A DNA stretch of 62,558 bases from an uncultured Methanomicrobiales archaeon. GTDB lineage: Archaea; Halobacteriota; Methanomicrobia; Methanomicrobiales; Methanospirillaceae. The DNA lies in the NCBI GenBank assembly GCA_963758915.1, contig CAVWXH010000001.1:1-62558 (forward strand), in the 5' to 3' direction. The notes below the pieces were generated by a model. It did not search any database, was not told the origin of the DNA, and worked only from the letters and a program-made list of their open reading frames with translations. Below are positions 31,558 through 42,283 of this stretch, piece after piece. Position numbers and translations under genes: made by a program. Each line of letters starts with the position of its first letter. Position 1 is the first letter of the stretch.

Positions 31558-32472
31558 TTATTTTATGGTAATCTCATTCCGGACGACTGTTGCTGCAGAG
31601 ACCATGTTCGTTAATTTTGCGAAGGCCGCATCCCGGGTCTGCATCCTGAGTCCACAGTCAGGGTCGATCAGCAGCTGTTCCGGTGCGAACACTTCAAGGC
31701 CTTTCCGGATCCGCGATACAATGGTTGCTGTACTCTCTACTTCCGGGCTCGAGGAGTCTACACAGCCGTACCCGAGCATTTTTCCCTTCAAATCTTTTTC
31801 TGAGAGCAGGTCAAGGTTACCGGGATTTTTTGCAAATTCGAGATCGATAATATCTACCGGCATTGACAGGACCTCATCAATGACGTCCCCCAGGCCACCA
31901 CAGACATGGAGACATACCGGTATACCAACTCCTGAGGCGATCCGTTGCAGGGCTTCACGGCCCGTTGGCAGGTCTGCAGCACCGGTTGAAAAGATCGGTT
32001 CGTCTACCTGAACCATGCAGACCCCGTTTTCTGCAAGTCCCTGTACCTCTTTCGCGATCGCAACTGAAAGGTCGAGGGCAAGCTCCTCCTTGTTCCGGTA
32101 GACTTTTGAAGAGAGATGGAGTGCATGGGCAAGTGTGGTCGGACCGGTGACGATCCCCTTAACCTTTACTGATTTTCCGAGGGCAAACTTCGTATCGGCT
32201 GCGGTGATGGTCGTTTCTGCGGGGAGCACCTTTCCAATCACTTCCAGACCCTTGATCCCCGGGAGGCGGTTCGTGAACAGGTGGACCATGTCCCCTCTCA
32301 CCTGGCCGTCAGAGATAATATCGATTCCAGCCTTGATCTGTTCTTCAACGGCAGTTTTCACGGCAAAGGAAAGGGGGTCAAAGAGTGACCTGATACCATG
32401 GCCCATGACTACCGGGTAACTGCCCACCACGGTCGTGGGGAGCATTACACCAAAAGAAAAAGTCTTTTTCAT
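31558..32472 (-). CDS. Archaeal core (MetE C-terminal-like) methionine synthase
   Basis: TTVVGSYP, DIISDGQVR, TGPTT, QVDEP, LHVCG, DPDCGLR; about 300 aa single domain. Confidence 0.9.
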   Translation of the reverse strand: MKKTFSFGVMLPTTVVGSYPVVMGHGIRSLFDPLSFAVKTAVEEQIKAGIDIISDGQVRGDMVHLFTNRLPGIKGLEVIGKVLPAETTITAADTKFALGKSVKVKGIVTGPTTLAHALHLSSKVYRNKEELALDLSVAIAKEVQGLAENGVCMVQVDEPIFSTGAADLPTGREALQRIASGVGIPVCLHVCGGLGDVIDEVLSMPVDIIDLEFAKNPGNLDLLSEKDLKGKMLGYGCVDSSSPEVESTATIVSRIRKGLEVFAPEQLLIDPDCGLRMQTRDAAFAKLTNMVSAATVVRNEITIK

Positions 32473-33761
32473 GGCACCAGCCGATGTCGGTCCCTTGGAA
32501 ACAGCACGGCCTCACGGACATTGGAAAGACCGAGCATGGTCATGACAAGCCGCTCCACTCCAAGTCCCCATCCTGCATGAGGGGGCATCCCGTACCTGAA
32601 CGGGTTTAAGTAAAATTCGAAACTGTCTGAAGATAATCCCTTTGCGCGTATCTGGTGGACGAGCTGGTCATGCTGGTGGACACGCTGAGCACCGCTCGAA
32701 AGCTCCATTCTAGGGTGCATGAGGTCGAACGCTTTGCAGACTGAAGGATCGTCTTCGTACGGCATGGCATAATAGGGCTTTATCGCAGTCGGCCAGTCGG
32801 TAATGAAATAATGGACACCTATCTCCTCCCCGATTGCCTTCTCGGAGACCGTCCCGATGTCGTCACCGTATTGGATGTCCTCACCGGTGGCCCTCTTTGC
32901 AATCTCAATCGCTTCGGGATATGGGAGTCTCGGGAACCCTGCTTCCGGAATGTTGAAGTCCTGTATTTCAAGAGCTGACAACTGCTCGCCACACTGATCG
33001 GCAACTGTCCTGTAGGTCGTGATAACCAGGTCCTCGAGGACCTTCATTACCTCGAGGTGGTCGGCAAACGACATCTCCATGTCAATGGAGGTCGCCTCGT
33101 TAAGGTGCTTTGTCGTGTTATGTTCTTCAGCACGGAATATAGGGCCGATCTCAAATACCTTCTCAAACCCTGCGGCCATCATCATCTGCTTGTAGAGCTG
33201 CGGGCTCTGGTTGAGGAATGCCTCGCGCTCGAAATAGGCAATCGGGAAGAGTTCTGTCCCACCCTCTGTTGCGGCAGCGACAATTTTTGGTGTCGTGATG
33301 TTTACAAACCCTCGTGAGAAGAAAAATTCGTAGACTGCCCGTGTAACGGTACTCCTGATATGGAACACCGCACTAACACGCGGCCGGCGGGCATCGAGGA
33401 ACCTTGCATCAAGCCTGGTATCCAGTTCTGCGGGGACTTTTTCGACAACATCCAGTGGCATCGGGCTTGCGCTCAGGCTGATGATCTCGAACGACTCCGG
33501 TACGAGTTCCCTGCCTCCGGGCGCCTTATCAATTGGCTTCACCGGTCCGGAAACCCGGACGACGGACTCGCGGGATACCGCTTTTGCCGCTGCAAGGACC
33601 GATTCTGACGCTTTCTTTTTGGGTATTGTGACCTGGATGATGCCGGTCCTGTCCCGGATAAGTAAAAACGTGAGGCCGCCAAGGTCGCGAACTTCGTGGA
33701 CCCAGCCGATAATCTCTGCCTCACCGATATCGGGATGTACGGCATGTATTGGAATACGCAT
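32469..33761 (-). CDS. aspS: Aspartate-tRNA ligase (archaeal, probably non-discriminating)
   Basis: [46 protein letters not shown]. Confidence 0.97.
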   Translation of the reverse strand: MRIPIHAVHPDIGEAEIIGWVHEVRDLGGLTFLLIRDRTGIIQVTIPKKKASESVLAAAKAVSRESVVRVSGPVKPIDKAPGGRELVPESFEIISLSASPMPLDVVEKVPAELDTRLDARFLDARRPRVSAVFHIRSTVTRAVYEFFFSRGFVNITTPKIVAAATEGGTELFPIAYFEREAFLNQSPQLYKQMMMAAGFEKVFEIGPIFRAEEHNTTKHLNEATSIDMEMSFADHLEVMKVLEDLVITTYRTVADQCGEQLSALEIQDFNIPEAGFPRLPYPEAIEIAKRATGEDIQYGDDIGTVSEKAIGEEIGVHYFITDWPTAIKPYYAMPYEDDPSVCKAFDLMHPRMELSSGAQRVHQHDQLVHQIRAKGLSSDSFEFYLNPFRYGMPPHAGWGLGVERLVMTMLGLSNVREAVLFPRDRHRLVP

Positions 33762-33893
33762 ATCAAATCCAGTACATATGAAACGTGAGAGGTAATTGTT
33801 TTTGCGGGGTGAACCCCTCACAGGTAGGAATACGGAAGAATGCACGTGGTATTTCTCCGTGCACGGGACAGGATCCCGGGAAGAGATCCTCAA

Positions 33894-34871
33894 TTACCCG
33901 TTAAAAATTTTACCCAGGATCGCCTCCTCGGTCGATTCCTGCTTTTGAATTGCAGACCTCCAGTGATCAGGTTTTTCCCACCGGTACCAGTCCTGCATTG
34001 CCATCATGACAAGCCACCGGTTGGTAATATCGAGACCACATTCGTAGAGATCATAATAGAGATCAGGCCCTGGATTTTTGTTGAAATCTGAGTTGAGGCT
34101 GAGCTTGAGGATATTTGACATTGCATCGCCGACGACTTTCGTATGGTACCAGTGAGAACGACTCCAGCGGCTGTCCATCATATCTTTCATATCAAGCGCC
34201 CGGAACTGCTGGAGTTCCGGGATGTTGATCATGGGATTTAAGCGGTACTCAGAAAGGGTATAGGCAAGGAGCATATCCCTGGCATAGTAGATCGCGTTAT
34301 GCATCACATAATAACGCTGGGGCAGGGTCTCGTTTTCCTTTTCCAGGGCGTGCATCTCATACATGCTCTCCCTCATCAGGAGGTACACCTGCGAATTCCT
34401 CATCACCGGAAATTTCTTCGAGATGTAGATATTAGACAGGATTGACCATGGTAATTCAGAAAGCGTGTTCCTGAAGAGTAAAAATAGCTGGAACAGCAGT
34501 TTTTTCCGTTGCGCGATCTCAAGCCCCCGTGTATTTTCGTCCTTTAATAAATCAAAATAGACCTGCCTCATTCCTTCGGTTGCAGATGTTTCGTCAAATG
34601 AAAGAACCTGCAACTCCCCCTTCCCGGATGCAATACCCTTGAATAATAATTCGATGCAGTTTTTGGTGATGACAAAATCTTTCAGCATACCGAGTTCGTT
34701 GCTCGAAAACAGGATCAGGTTTTTCCCTGACCCATAGGTGTAGTCATCAACCAGGAGCCCCTGGTCAGGGATGTTGTCCTGGCGGCGGAGTGTAATACCA
34801 ATCCCCAGCAGTTCTTCGATGTGAGCGATCAGCTCAGTCAGTTCATCAGAGAGATTATAGGGACTGCTCAT
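33894..34871 (-). CDS. Hypothetical protein
   Basis: 325-aa ORF co-oriented with aspS; no motif recognised. Confidence 0.75.
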   Translation of the reverse strand: MSSPYNLSDELTELIAHIEELLGIGITLRRQDNIPDQGLLVDDYTYGSGKNLILFSSNELGMLKDFVITKNCIELLFKGIASGKGELQVLSFDETSATEGMRQVYFDLLKDENTRGLEIAQRKKLLFQLFLLFRNTLSELPWSILSNIYISKKFPVMRNSQVYLLMRESMYEMHALEKENETLPQRYYVMHNAIYYARDMLLAYTLSEYRLNPMINIPELQQFRALDMKDMMDSRWSRSHWYHTKVVGDAMSNILKLSLNSDFNKNPGPDLYYDLYECGLDITNRWLVMMAMQDWYRWEKPDHWRSAIQKQESTEEAILGKIFNG

Positions 34872-35130
34872 GGAGAATCACGCCTGGAATCAAGGGTATC
34901 GGAGTGCTGAGGTATACCCCTGTTTCGGTACACAGGGCAAAGGTACGCCCTGAGTTCGTTATTCTTTCTATATCTCTTTCGTGCGGATAAATTTTTCATA
35001 CGGCAGGGCAGATGCACAGGGGTATCAGGCCCGGGAAAATTTAGTTAATTTCTTGTGAAAAGATTGTATTCAGGTTCTGTTGACGTCCTCTAAACTCTGT
35101 CTTATTGTTTCAGTGGCATTCCGGGACTTA

Positions 35131-35282
35131 TTCGCACTCCCCTGGCTCCACCCCGCCGCTTTGGCGACCCTGGCCGGTATAGGGACTGGTATTGGAAGTG
35201 TTCAGGCACTCTTCAGGTCAACTCTTCTGAAAAATGTATCGTATCCGGCGTTGGGCAGGCCGGGGTGAACGCTCCTCCTTTC
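35131..35282 (-). repeat. Dispersed structured intergenic repeat, copy 4 (diverged, minus strand)
   Basis: Reverse complement reads gaaaggaggagcgttcaccccggcctgccc...ccctatacc...gggtcgccaaagcggcggggtggagccaggggagtgcga. Confidence 0.8.
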
Positions 35283-35447
35283 AAAGCCGTTCTGTTTCAT
35301 TTTTTTGATACACAGGATGTCAACAGAGCGGATCATTAAGATTTTTTGCAAGGTGGCGAAAAAAAGAAGACCCGGGAATATATGACCTGACTGTTGGCCT
35401 CCATCCCGATTGGGGCAACAATTCTCGCAGTAACTGAAAATAATCCC

Positions 35448-36167
35448 CTATTCTTCGGAACTCCCGGTACCGGGAGCGTTCAGCCCCTCATTATGGTGGT
35501 GCCGCCGGGAGGCTGCCTGGATCGCTGAACGGACAACCTGGGTGAAACCGGGGACTTCGGTCACGATGAAATGCCAGAGCAGAAATGGGTCGGCACCGAA
35601 ACGCGCCTCTGCAATACTCTGGCTGATCCCCTCCACCTCCTTCCATGGTGCAGCAGGGAACATTTCTTTTTGGGGTCCTGAAATCCTCCCGACTGCGAGG
35701 CTCATGATCTGCAGGCTTCTTTCACAAGCCCGGCGCAGTAATGATTCCCGTGTAAATGACTCGTACGCCATACCCTTGCACCGGGACTGGAGAAAGTCAA
35801 GTTCACCAAGAACCTGTACCAGGGCTTCCTGGTCCACTTCACCCATCTCGGGGTCGAACGATGCTGCTGAAGGGGACTCTGCAAGCACCCGTGTTGTGAT
35901 GAGGTAGATCCTTGTCGAAAAATACTCCTCAAGGTGCCATTTAAGGCCGAGGTAATGCCGGTAGGTCTCAAACCCGGGAGAAAATTCGACCATGAGCTCC
36001 ACGGCATCGACCGGGATCGCATCTCTCCGTGCGAACGCACCAAACATCCCGATTTTTTTAACCCCATACATACGCTTGATTATTGGAAAAATCGTGTTAA
36101 GCCCTATTAGGACTTCTTCCGCCATTGAAACGTCCGGCGCCCTTATTCCTGGTTTGACCATGCCCAT
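35448..36167 (-). CDS. Fused MNT nucleotidyltransferase-HEPN (DUF86) protein, both active sites degenerate
   Basis: YGVKKIGMFGAFARRD...VELMVEF...LEEYF; second half LRRACERSLQIM...FPAAPWKEV...LLWHFI. Confidence 0.8.
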   Translation of the reverse strand: MGMVKPGIRAPDVSMAEEVLIGLNTIFPIIKRMYGVKKIGMFGAFARRDAIPVDAVELMVEFSPGFETYRHYLGLKWHLEEYFSTRIYLITTRVLAESPSAASFDPEMGEVDQEALVQVLGELDFLQSRCKGMAYESFTRESLLRRACERSLQIMSLAVGRISGPQKEMFPAAPWKEVEGISQSIAEARFGADPFLLWHFIVTEVPGFTQVVRSAIQAASRRHHHNEGLNAPGTGSSEE

Positions 36168-36297
36168 CCCCGTATCTGAACCATTTTTCAGTTATAACCA
36201 CTTAAATCCTTTACTGGTGTCAGGCAGATCACCCGGGGACCATGGGTCGGAAGCAGTTATACCCGCCGTAACGCGCCCTCGGCCGGGCCTCAGGGAG

Positions 36298-37206
36298 TCA
36301 TCTGTTGTGTGCTTCAATAAGTTTGAAAATCCATTCCGCAAGTTCCTTGCTCTTTTCTTCGCTGGTCATCATGGTATCAAGACGTGTTGCGCCCGGGACT
36401 GTCACGGTATCCCGTTCGTCCTGGACAAACAGGTCGAGGAAGTCCCTGTACAATTCCCATGTACCAAGTGAGGAAGGCGAGAACCCCTTCGCTTTCATGA
36501 GTTCCCCTGCAGGACCACTGAAGGGGGCCTGCCCGATAAACGGGCTTACCGCGACGACGTACTGATCCCGCAAAGCCTCCTGCACACCCTGGCATTCAAG
36601 GATCGGTAGAATACTGGTAACCGGGTTACTTGGACCAATAATAACCGCATCAGCTTCGTTAATCGCCCGGATCACGTCCTCTGTCGCGGGGGGGGGTAAT
36701 TCAGGGACCCTTTTTACCGCGTCAACCGGTATGGAACCCTTACACCGCACCCAGTACTCCTGGAAATGAATAAATTCGCCCGATGACCTTACCATGGTGG
36801 CAACCGGTGAATCTGTCATGGGGAGCACCCCTGCCTTGATACCCATGTTCCGGCACAGGATGGTGGTCGCCTCGGTAAGGGATTTCCCCCGGGTGAGGAG
36901 GTCCGCCCGGGCAATCTGGACCGCACGGTCTCGGTCACCGATAGCAATATACTCGTCGGTCCCAAGGTCGAGCAGAGCCTTGTGAGTGAGGAAGGTATCA
37001 CCGGCAATCCCCCACCAGGTCTCCGTATTGAGGATCCCGGCAAAAAGGTACATCACCGTATCAATATCAGGTGACAGGTGTGCCCCCGATATCCAGACAT
37101 CTTCTGCGGTGTTCACCACGACATTGATCTTCTGGTCACCGGTGAGAGACCGGACACCGCGGAGAAGTTTTGGTGTTCCTGTCCCGCCGGAAAGTAAGGT
37201 AATCAT
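36298..37206 (-). CDS. cofD: 2-phospho-L-lactate transferase (F420 biosynthesis)
   Basis: [49 protein letters not shown]. Confidence 0.96.
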   Translation of the reverse strand: MITLLSGGTGTPKLLRGVRSLTGDQKINVVVNTAEDVWISGAHLSPDIDTVMYLFAGILNTETWWGIAGDTFLTHKALLDLGTDEYIAIGDRDRAVQIARADLLTRGKSLTEATTILCRNMGIKAGVLPMTDSPVATMVRSSGEFIHFQEYWVRCKGSIPVDAVKRVPELPPPATEDVIRAINEADAVIIGPSNPVTSILPILECQGVQEALRDQYVVAVSPFIGQAPFSGPAGELMKAKGFSPSSLGTWELYRDFLDLFVQDERDTVTVPGATRLDTMMTSEEKSKELAEWIFKLIEAHNR

Positions 37207-37258
37207 TACTCAATAGGTTTATCTTCTCTATATCAAGATTCTTTAGCGGTCACGAGGG

Positions 37259-38464
37259 ATGAAATCGATTAAGGACCCGGTCCACGGGTATGTGGAGGTA
37301 GATACGCCAGCCATCACGCTGCTTGACTCCCCGCTGCTCCAGAGGCTCCGCCATATCAAGCAACTGGGGTTCTCCTACCTTGTATACCCGGGAGCGAACC
37401 ACACCCGGTTCGAGCACTCACTTGGCACGATGCACCTTGCAGGGGTAATGTGCCGCCAGCTCGGGGTGCCGGAATATGACCGCCTGCTTATCGTAACGGC
37501 GGCGCTCCTCCATGATATCGGGCATGGTCCCTTTTCACATTCGATTGAGCCGGTTATGGAAGAGCTGACCGGCCGGAGCCACCACCGGATTGGAAACCTG
37601 CTTAAATCCGACACCCTGGCACCCCTGCTTGAAAAAATCGGGGTTGACAGGAACGAGCTCGGAGAGGTCCTTGCAGGGGATCACCAGTTATCTGGCATCA
37701 TCCACGGGGAACTTGATGTTGACCGGATGGATTACCTGCTGCGGGACGCCCACTACACGGGTGTACCGTATGGAACGGTCGATGCCCAGCGGCTCATCAG
37801 GAGCACACTTCTCTCGGAAGAAGGTATCGTTATCCACGAAAGCGGGATCAATGCTGCCGAATCGCTCCTGATTGCGAGGACACTGATGAGGCCTGCGGTT
37901 TATTTTCATCATGTCAGCAGGATTGCGGAGACCATGTTTAACCATGCTGTCTTGCGCCACCTGGAAAACAAGTCCCCGCCCGAGGTAACCGGGATGATGC
38001 ACATGGATGATGTCTCCTGCATTCATGCTCTGCGTACTTCAGACTGCAGCATCACAAGGGAGTTTGCGGAAAGAATATTCTGCCGCCAGCTCTACAAAAG
38101 GGCACTCTACGTGGGCCGGGAGCAGGTTAATATCAAGGCACTGACCGAATACCGGGGAATTCCGGCACAGCGGGAGATCGCGGAAGAAATTGCTGGAATC
38201 GCTGGTGTAGACCCGTCAAAGGTGCTCGTGGATATACCGGAACTTCCGTCAGGGATGTCGCTCCATGTCCAGGTTAAAAACCGGCACCGCGTGATGGAGC
38301 TGGCGGAAGTATCACCACTCCTGAATACCCTCAATGATAACAGGCTGGAACAATGGCGACTCGGGGTGTATACCCCGCCGGAACTGACCGACGAGGTGGA
38401 GATAATCGCGTCATCGGTCTTCCATGTGAAACCCGTGACCCTGCAGGATAAATTACCCGTTTAG
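37259..38464 (+). CDS. HD-domain phosphohydrolase (dNTPase-like)
   Basis: IKDPVHG, QRLRHIKQLG, HTRFEHSLG, LLHDIGHGPFSH, DVDRMDYLLRD. Confidence 0.93.
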   Translation: MKSIKDPVHGYVEVDTPAITLLDSPLLQRLRHIKQLGFSYLVYPGANHTRFEHSLGTMHLAGVMCRQLGVPEYDRLLIVTAALLHDIGHGPFSHSIEPVMEELTGRSHHRIGNLLKSDTLAPLLEKIGVDRNELGEVLAGDHQLSGIIHGELDVDRMDYLLRDAHYTGVPYGTVDAQRLIRSTLLSEEGIVIHESGINAAESLLIARTLMRPAVYFHHVSRIAETMFNHAVLRHLENKSPPEVTGMMHMDDVSCIHALRTSDCSITREFAERIFCRQLYKRALYVGREQVNIKALTEYRGIPAQREIAEEIAGIAGVDPSKVLVDIPELPSGMSLHVQVKNRHRVMELAEVSPLLNTLNDNRLEQWRLGVYTPPELTDEVEIIASSVFHVKPVTLQDKLPV

Positions 38465-38549
38465 GCCCGGCCACGTCGTGCCTTTCCTCCGGAAAAAAAC
38501 GGAAGTCTAAATAGCGATAAAAGAACATTTCACAACGAGGGGGTTTTTA

Positions 38550-38993
38550 GTGACCGAAGACTGGATTATTATAGTAACCGGAGTGGTTTCGGTAGCAATT
38601 GTCATCTGCGCCGTATACCTCTATACCAACGGCCGTGAACGAAAGCTCATCGGGGACCGCCATAAACTGAAAGTGTACCAGGAATTTTTCCACGCGGTAA
38701 CAGACCTCAACACTGCAGGAAGTGATCCTGACCGGCTTATCCGGGCAAAGATGAGGCTGGCCTATATCCTCGATACGATGAACCTCGTCGCAGGGCCGGA
38801 GGTACTGAAATCCATCAATGATTTCCTTGATTTCCTGAACGAGTGCACTGATGGCGAATGTGATGTGCTCAAGGAGCTGAATATCCTCAATGGCATCGTC
38901 CGGGACATGAGGGATGAACTTGACCGTAAAGGGTCGAGAGGGCTCGATGAGTCTGAGTTCAGGTTCAGGTTTTTTATCCCGAAAAACCGCTGA
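38550..38993 (+). CDS. Hypothetical membrane-anchored protein
   Basis: N-terminal hydrophobic helix followed by a helical domain. Confidence 0.7.
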   Translation: MTEDWIIIVTGVVSVAIVICAVYLYTNGRERKLIGDRHKLKVYQEFFHAVTDLNTAGSDPDRLIRAKMRLAYILDTMNLVAGPEVLKSINDFLDFLNECTDGECDVLKELNILNGIVRDMRDELDRKGSRGLDESEFRFRFFIPKNR

Positions 38994-39229
38994 ATAATAA
39001 AAATAATTTGAAATATCCCTTTTTCCGGGTTTTAATGTAACATTATTTCGATGAGAATCAGGGTTGCATAAGTTCTTTCATCCTGAAATCTCACTGTATT
39101 GTAGAGCAGGGAAATGCCTCGGTCCCTTAATTGTGTCCGGTGATTCCGGGAAACTGCCCGGGTAACAACGGGACCATTGGGAGGTACCGGGAGGTTATCC
39201 CTTCTATATCCTACATTTGGTGACCGGGA

Positions 39230-39790
39230 GTGACAATGAAGAGGACATTCGTCGTTGGGGTGACAGGGGCAAGTGGCGTGATTTACGCCAAACGGCTCCT
39301 CGATGTGCTCTGTGAAGAGGAGAACGTCCACCTGATAACAACAAGGATCGCCCGGGATATTGCCCGGCATGAAGGTGTGGCCCTTGACGGGTACAACGCG
39401 GTGTATCATGATGAGGACGGGATGGGTGCAGGAATTGCAAGCGGATCATTCCGCCATGACGGGATGGTGGTAGTCCCCTGCACGATGAAGACCCTTGCTG
39501 CCATCAGTAACGGTTTTGCTGACAACCTGATTACGCGGGCAGCTGATGTCAGCCTGAAAGAAGGCAGGAAGTGTATACTCGTGCCCCGTGAAATGCCCCT
39601 CTCGCGGGTCCACTTAAAGAACATGCTCGCTGCAGGTGAATCGGGCGCCACGATCATGGTCGCAAGCCCCGGGTTCTACCACCACCCGAAGACAATCGAT
39701 GACCTCGTGGACATGGTGGTCGCACGAATTCTGGACCATTTATCAGTCGAGCATTCCCTCTGTTCCCGGTGGAGTGGTTACGATGCGTGA
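39230..39790 (+). CDS. ubiX: Flavin prenyltransferase UbiX
   Basis: GVTGASG, IASGS, PCTMKTLA, LITRAADVSLKE, LVPREMP, PGFYHHP. Confidence 0.96.
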   Translation: MTMKRTFVVGVTGASGVIYAKRLLDVLCEEENVHLITTRIARDIARHEGVALDGYNAVYHDEDGMGAGIASGSFRHDGMVVVPCTMKTLAAISNGFADNLITRAADVSLKEGRKCILVPREMPLSRVHLKNMLAAGESGATIMVASPGFYHHPKTIDDLVDMVVARILDHLSVEHSLCSRWSGYDA

Positions 39791-41019
39791 ATTCATTGAA
39801 ATAATGCGTGAAGCCGGGGAGGTTACCGATATCGACCAACCCGTCGATATCAGGTTTGAAGCGCCAAAAATGGCGGCGAAAACCGATAAGCTGCTATTGT
39901 TCCATAACGCGGCAGGTCATAAGGCCGTCATGAACGTGACCGCCACAAGAAAGGCCCTCTCCCTCGCCCTCGGAATAAAAGAGTCAGATATCGTAAAAGA
40001 CCTTTCGACGAGAGAATGCGGCGGCCGGGTTGTCGAGGAAGGGGACCTGAAGATGAGCAGGACAGACTTCTCCCAGATTCCCGTCATGACACATTTTCCG
40101 AAGGATGCAGGCCCCTATATCACGTCAGGAATCGTGTTTTCCCGATACGGGGACGTTGAGAACGCGTCCATTCACCGGATGCTCGTCATTGATAACGACC
40201 ATGTCAGCTGCCCGTCTTGTTGAGGGACGCCATACCCATACGCTCCTCCGGAAAGCGCTCGCGGAAGGAAAGGAACTCCCGGTGGCCATGGCGATCGGTG
40301 TCCACCCGGCGGTCACCTTTGCCAGCTGCTCCCGTGTCGCCTGGGGCGATGAACTTGCATTTGCCGCAACACTGCTTGGAGGAGAACTCCCGGTAAGACG
40401 CTGCCCGAACGGGGTGCTCGTCCCGGATGCAGAGATCGTGCTGGAAGGTTACATCGGCAGCGAACGGCATGCGGAGGGTCCGTTTGTCGATATTACCGGG
40501 ACATATGATGTCATCAGGAACGAGCCGGTCATCAGGTTCACCGGGATGAGCCTGAAAAAAGAGGCAATTTACCACGGGATCCTCCCGGCCGGCAACGAGC
40601 ACAAACTCCTGATGGGTGCCCCATACGAGCCTATTATCTATCGCGCAGTGGCAGGAGTCACGGAAGTAAAAAATGTCAGCCTTACCCGCGGCGGGTGTGG
40701 CTATCTCCATGCCGTGGTCCAGATCAGGAAAAATACCGAGGGGGATGCTAAAAATGCAATTATGGCAGCGTTTGCCTCACACACCTCGCTGAAACATGTT
40801 GTAGTGGTCGATGAAGATATTGACATTTTCAATCCCGAGGACGTCGAGTTCGCCGTTGCGACAAGGGTCCGCGGAGACAAGGACTGCATGGTGATTACGG
40901 GCGTCCGGGGGTCTTCGCTGGATCCATGCAGGCTTGAAAATGGTACGAATGTAAAAATCGGCCTCGATGCCACGATGGAAATGGGAAGAGAAGCAAAATT
41001 TATAAGGGCCGGGTGGTGA
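39783..41019 (+). CDS. ubiD: UbiD family decarboxylase (probable anhydromevalonate-phosphate decarboxylase), split by one frameshift near 40205
   Basis: DAGPYITSG, NASIHR in the first frame; AEIVLEG, EGPFVDITG, VVVDEDID, GSSLDP, KIGLDAT in the second. Confidence 0.9.
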
Positions 41020-41023
41020 TATC

Positions 41024-42184
41024 ATGGAGCTCGACCGGGAGGACGAACTTGTCCTGAACGGGGAGTTCGGGGAGACCAGGAAGATGATGATGGAGATACT
41101 GGTCGCTCTCGGCAAGGTCTTCGGGGCCGATCGGATGATCCCCATCAGGAGTGCCCAGGTGAGCGGGGCGTCCTACAAGACAATCGGGGAATACGGGCTC
41201 CAGTGGCTCAAGGCCCTCGATGCACGTGCGGCGGTCCCTGCCGTACTGAACCCCATTGGAATGGACCGTGAACGATGGCGGGAGATGGGGGTCTCACCGG
41301 ACTTTGCAAAGAAACAGGCAGAGGTGGTATCTGCCTACGAGCGCCTGGGAATACACCTTGACTGCACCTGTACACCGTATTATCATACGATCACACAATA
41401 TGGTGACCACATATCATGGTCGGAATCGTCTGCGGTCGCGTACTCGAACTCGGTGATCGGGGCCCGGACCAACCGTGAAGGGGGCCCGAGTGCACTTGCG
41501 GCTGCAATAATCGGGAAGACCCCCTATTATGGCTTACACATTGTGGCAAACAGGAAACCCGGGCTTGTCATCGATGTGGATGGAACGGGGACCCACGATA
41601 CCTCGTGGTACGGTGCTCTCGGGTATATTGCAGGTAAGGAAGCGGGGAACAGGATACCGTATTTCCGGGGGATACGTCCTGACCGCGACCAGTTGAAAGC
41701 CCTTGGTGCGGCCATGGCTGCAAGCGGGGCGGTTGCCCTGTTCCATGTTGAAGGTATCACTCCTGATTCGAGGGTGTTCTCCTATGACCTGAAGGGCCTT
41801 GATACAATCCCGGTGGAACAGAAGGAGATCAGCGACCTCTATAAGGATATCCCGGTTGATGCAGTGGCAATCGGGTGTCCCCACTGTTCTCCTGATGAAC
41901 TCGGTATGATCGCTCACCTGCTCGAGGGGAAGCATGTGAATAAACCCCTGTACGTGTTTACCTCGAGGGCCGTCGCAGGGAACTCACGTGGTTTTATTGA
42001 GACCATTGAACGGAGCGGCGCACGGGTATATGCCGATACCTGTATGGTCGTCTCGCCCTGCATGGATTCCTACCAGTCGGTCATGGTAAACAGCGGGAAG
42101 GCATTTACCTATGTCCCGAACATGTGTGGTGCGGCATCACGGATCGGCACGCTTGAAGAGTGCATCAGCGTTGCATGTTCATGA
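41024..42184 (+). CDS. Aconitase X large subunit (DUF521; probable phosphomevalonate dehydratase)
   Basis: QVSGASYKTIG, CTCTPY, WSESSAV, GARTNREGG, IGCPHCS, DTCMVV, NSGK. Confidence 0.92.
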   Translation: MELDREDELVLNGEFGETRKMMMEILVALGKVFGADRMIPIRSAQVSGASYKTIGEYGLQWLKALDARAAVPAVLNPIGMDRERWREMGVSPDFAKKQAEVVSAYERLGIHLDCTCTPYYHTITQYGDHISWSESSAVAYSNSVIGARTNREGGPSALAAAIIGKTPYYGLHIVANRKPGLVIDVDGTGTHDTSWYGALGYIAGKEAGNRIPYFRGIRPDRDQLKALGAAMAASGAVALFHVEGITPDSRVFSYDLKGLDTIPVEQKEISDLYKDIPVDAVAIGCPHCSPDELGMIAHLLEGKHVNKPLYVFTSRAVAGNSRGFIETIERSGARVYADTCMVVSPCMDSYQSVMVNSGKAFTYVPNMCGAASRIGTLEECISVACS

Positions 42185-42283
42185 ATTTTTTTGGGTGGGG
42201 CAATCGAAAAATCCATGACCCGTTAAATTATATTGAATTGAAATTCCCTGTTATTTACCTGCAGGGAAAGCGAAAAGCAGTAC

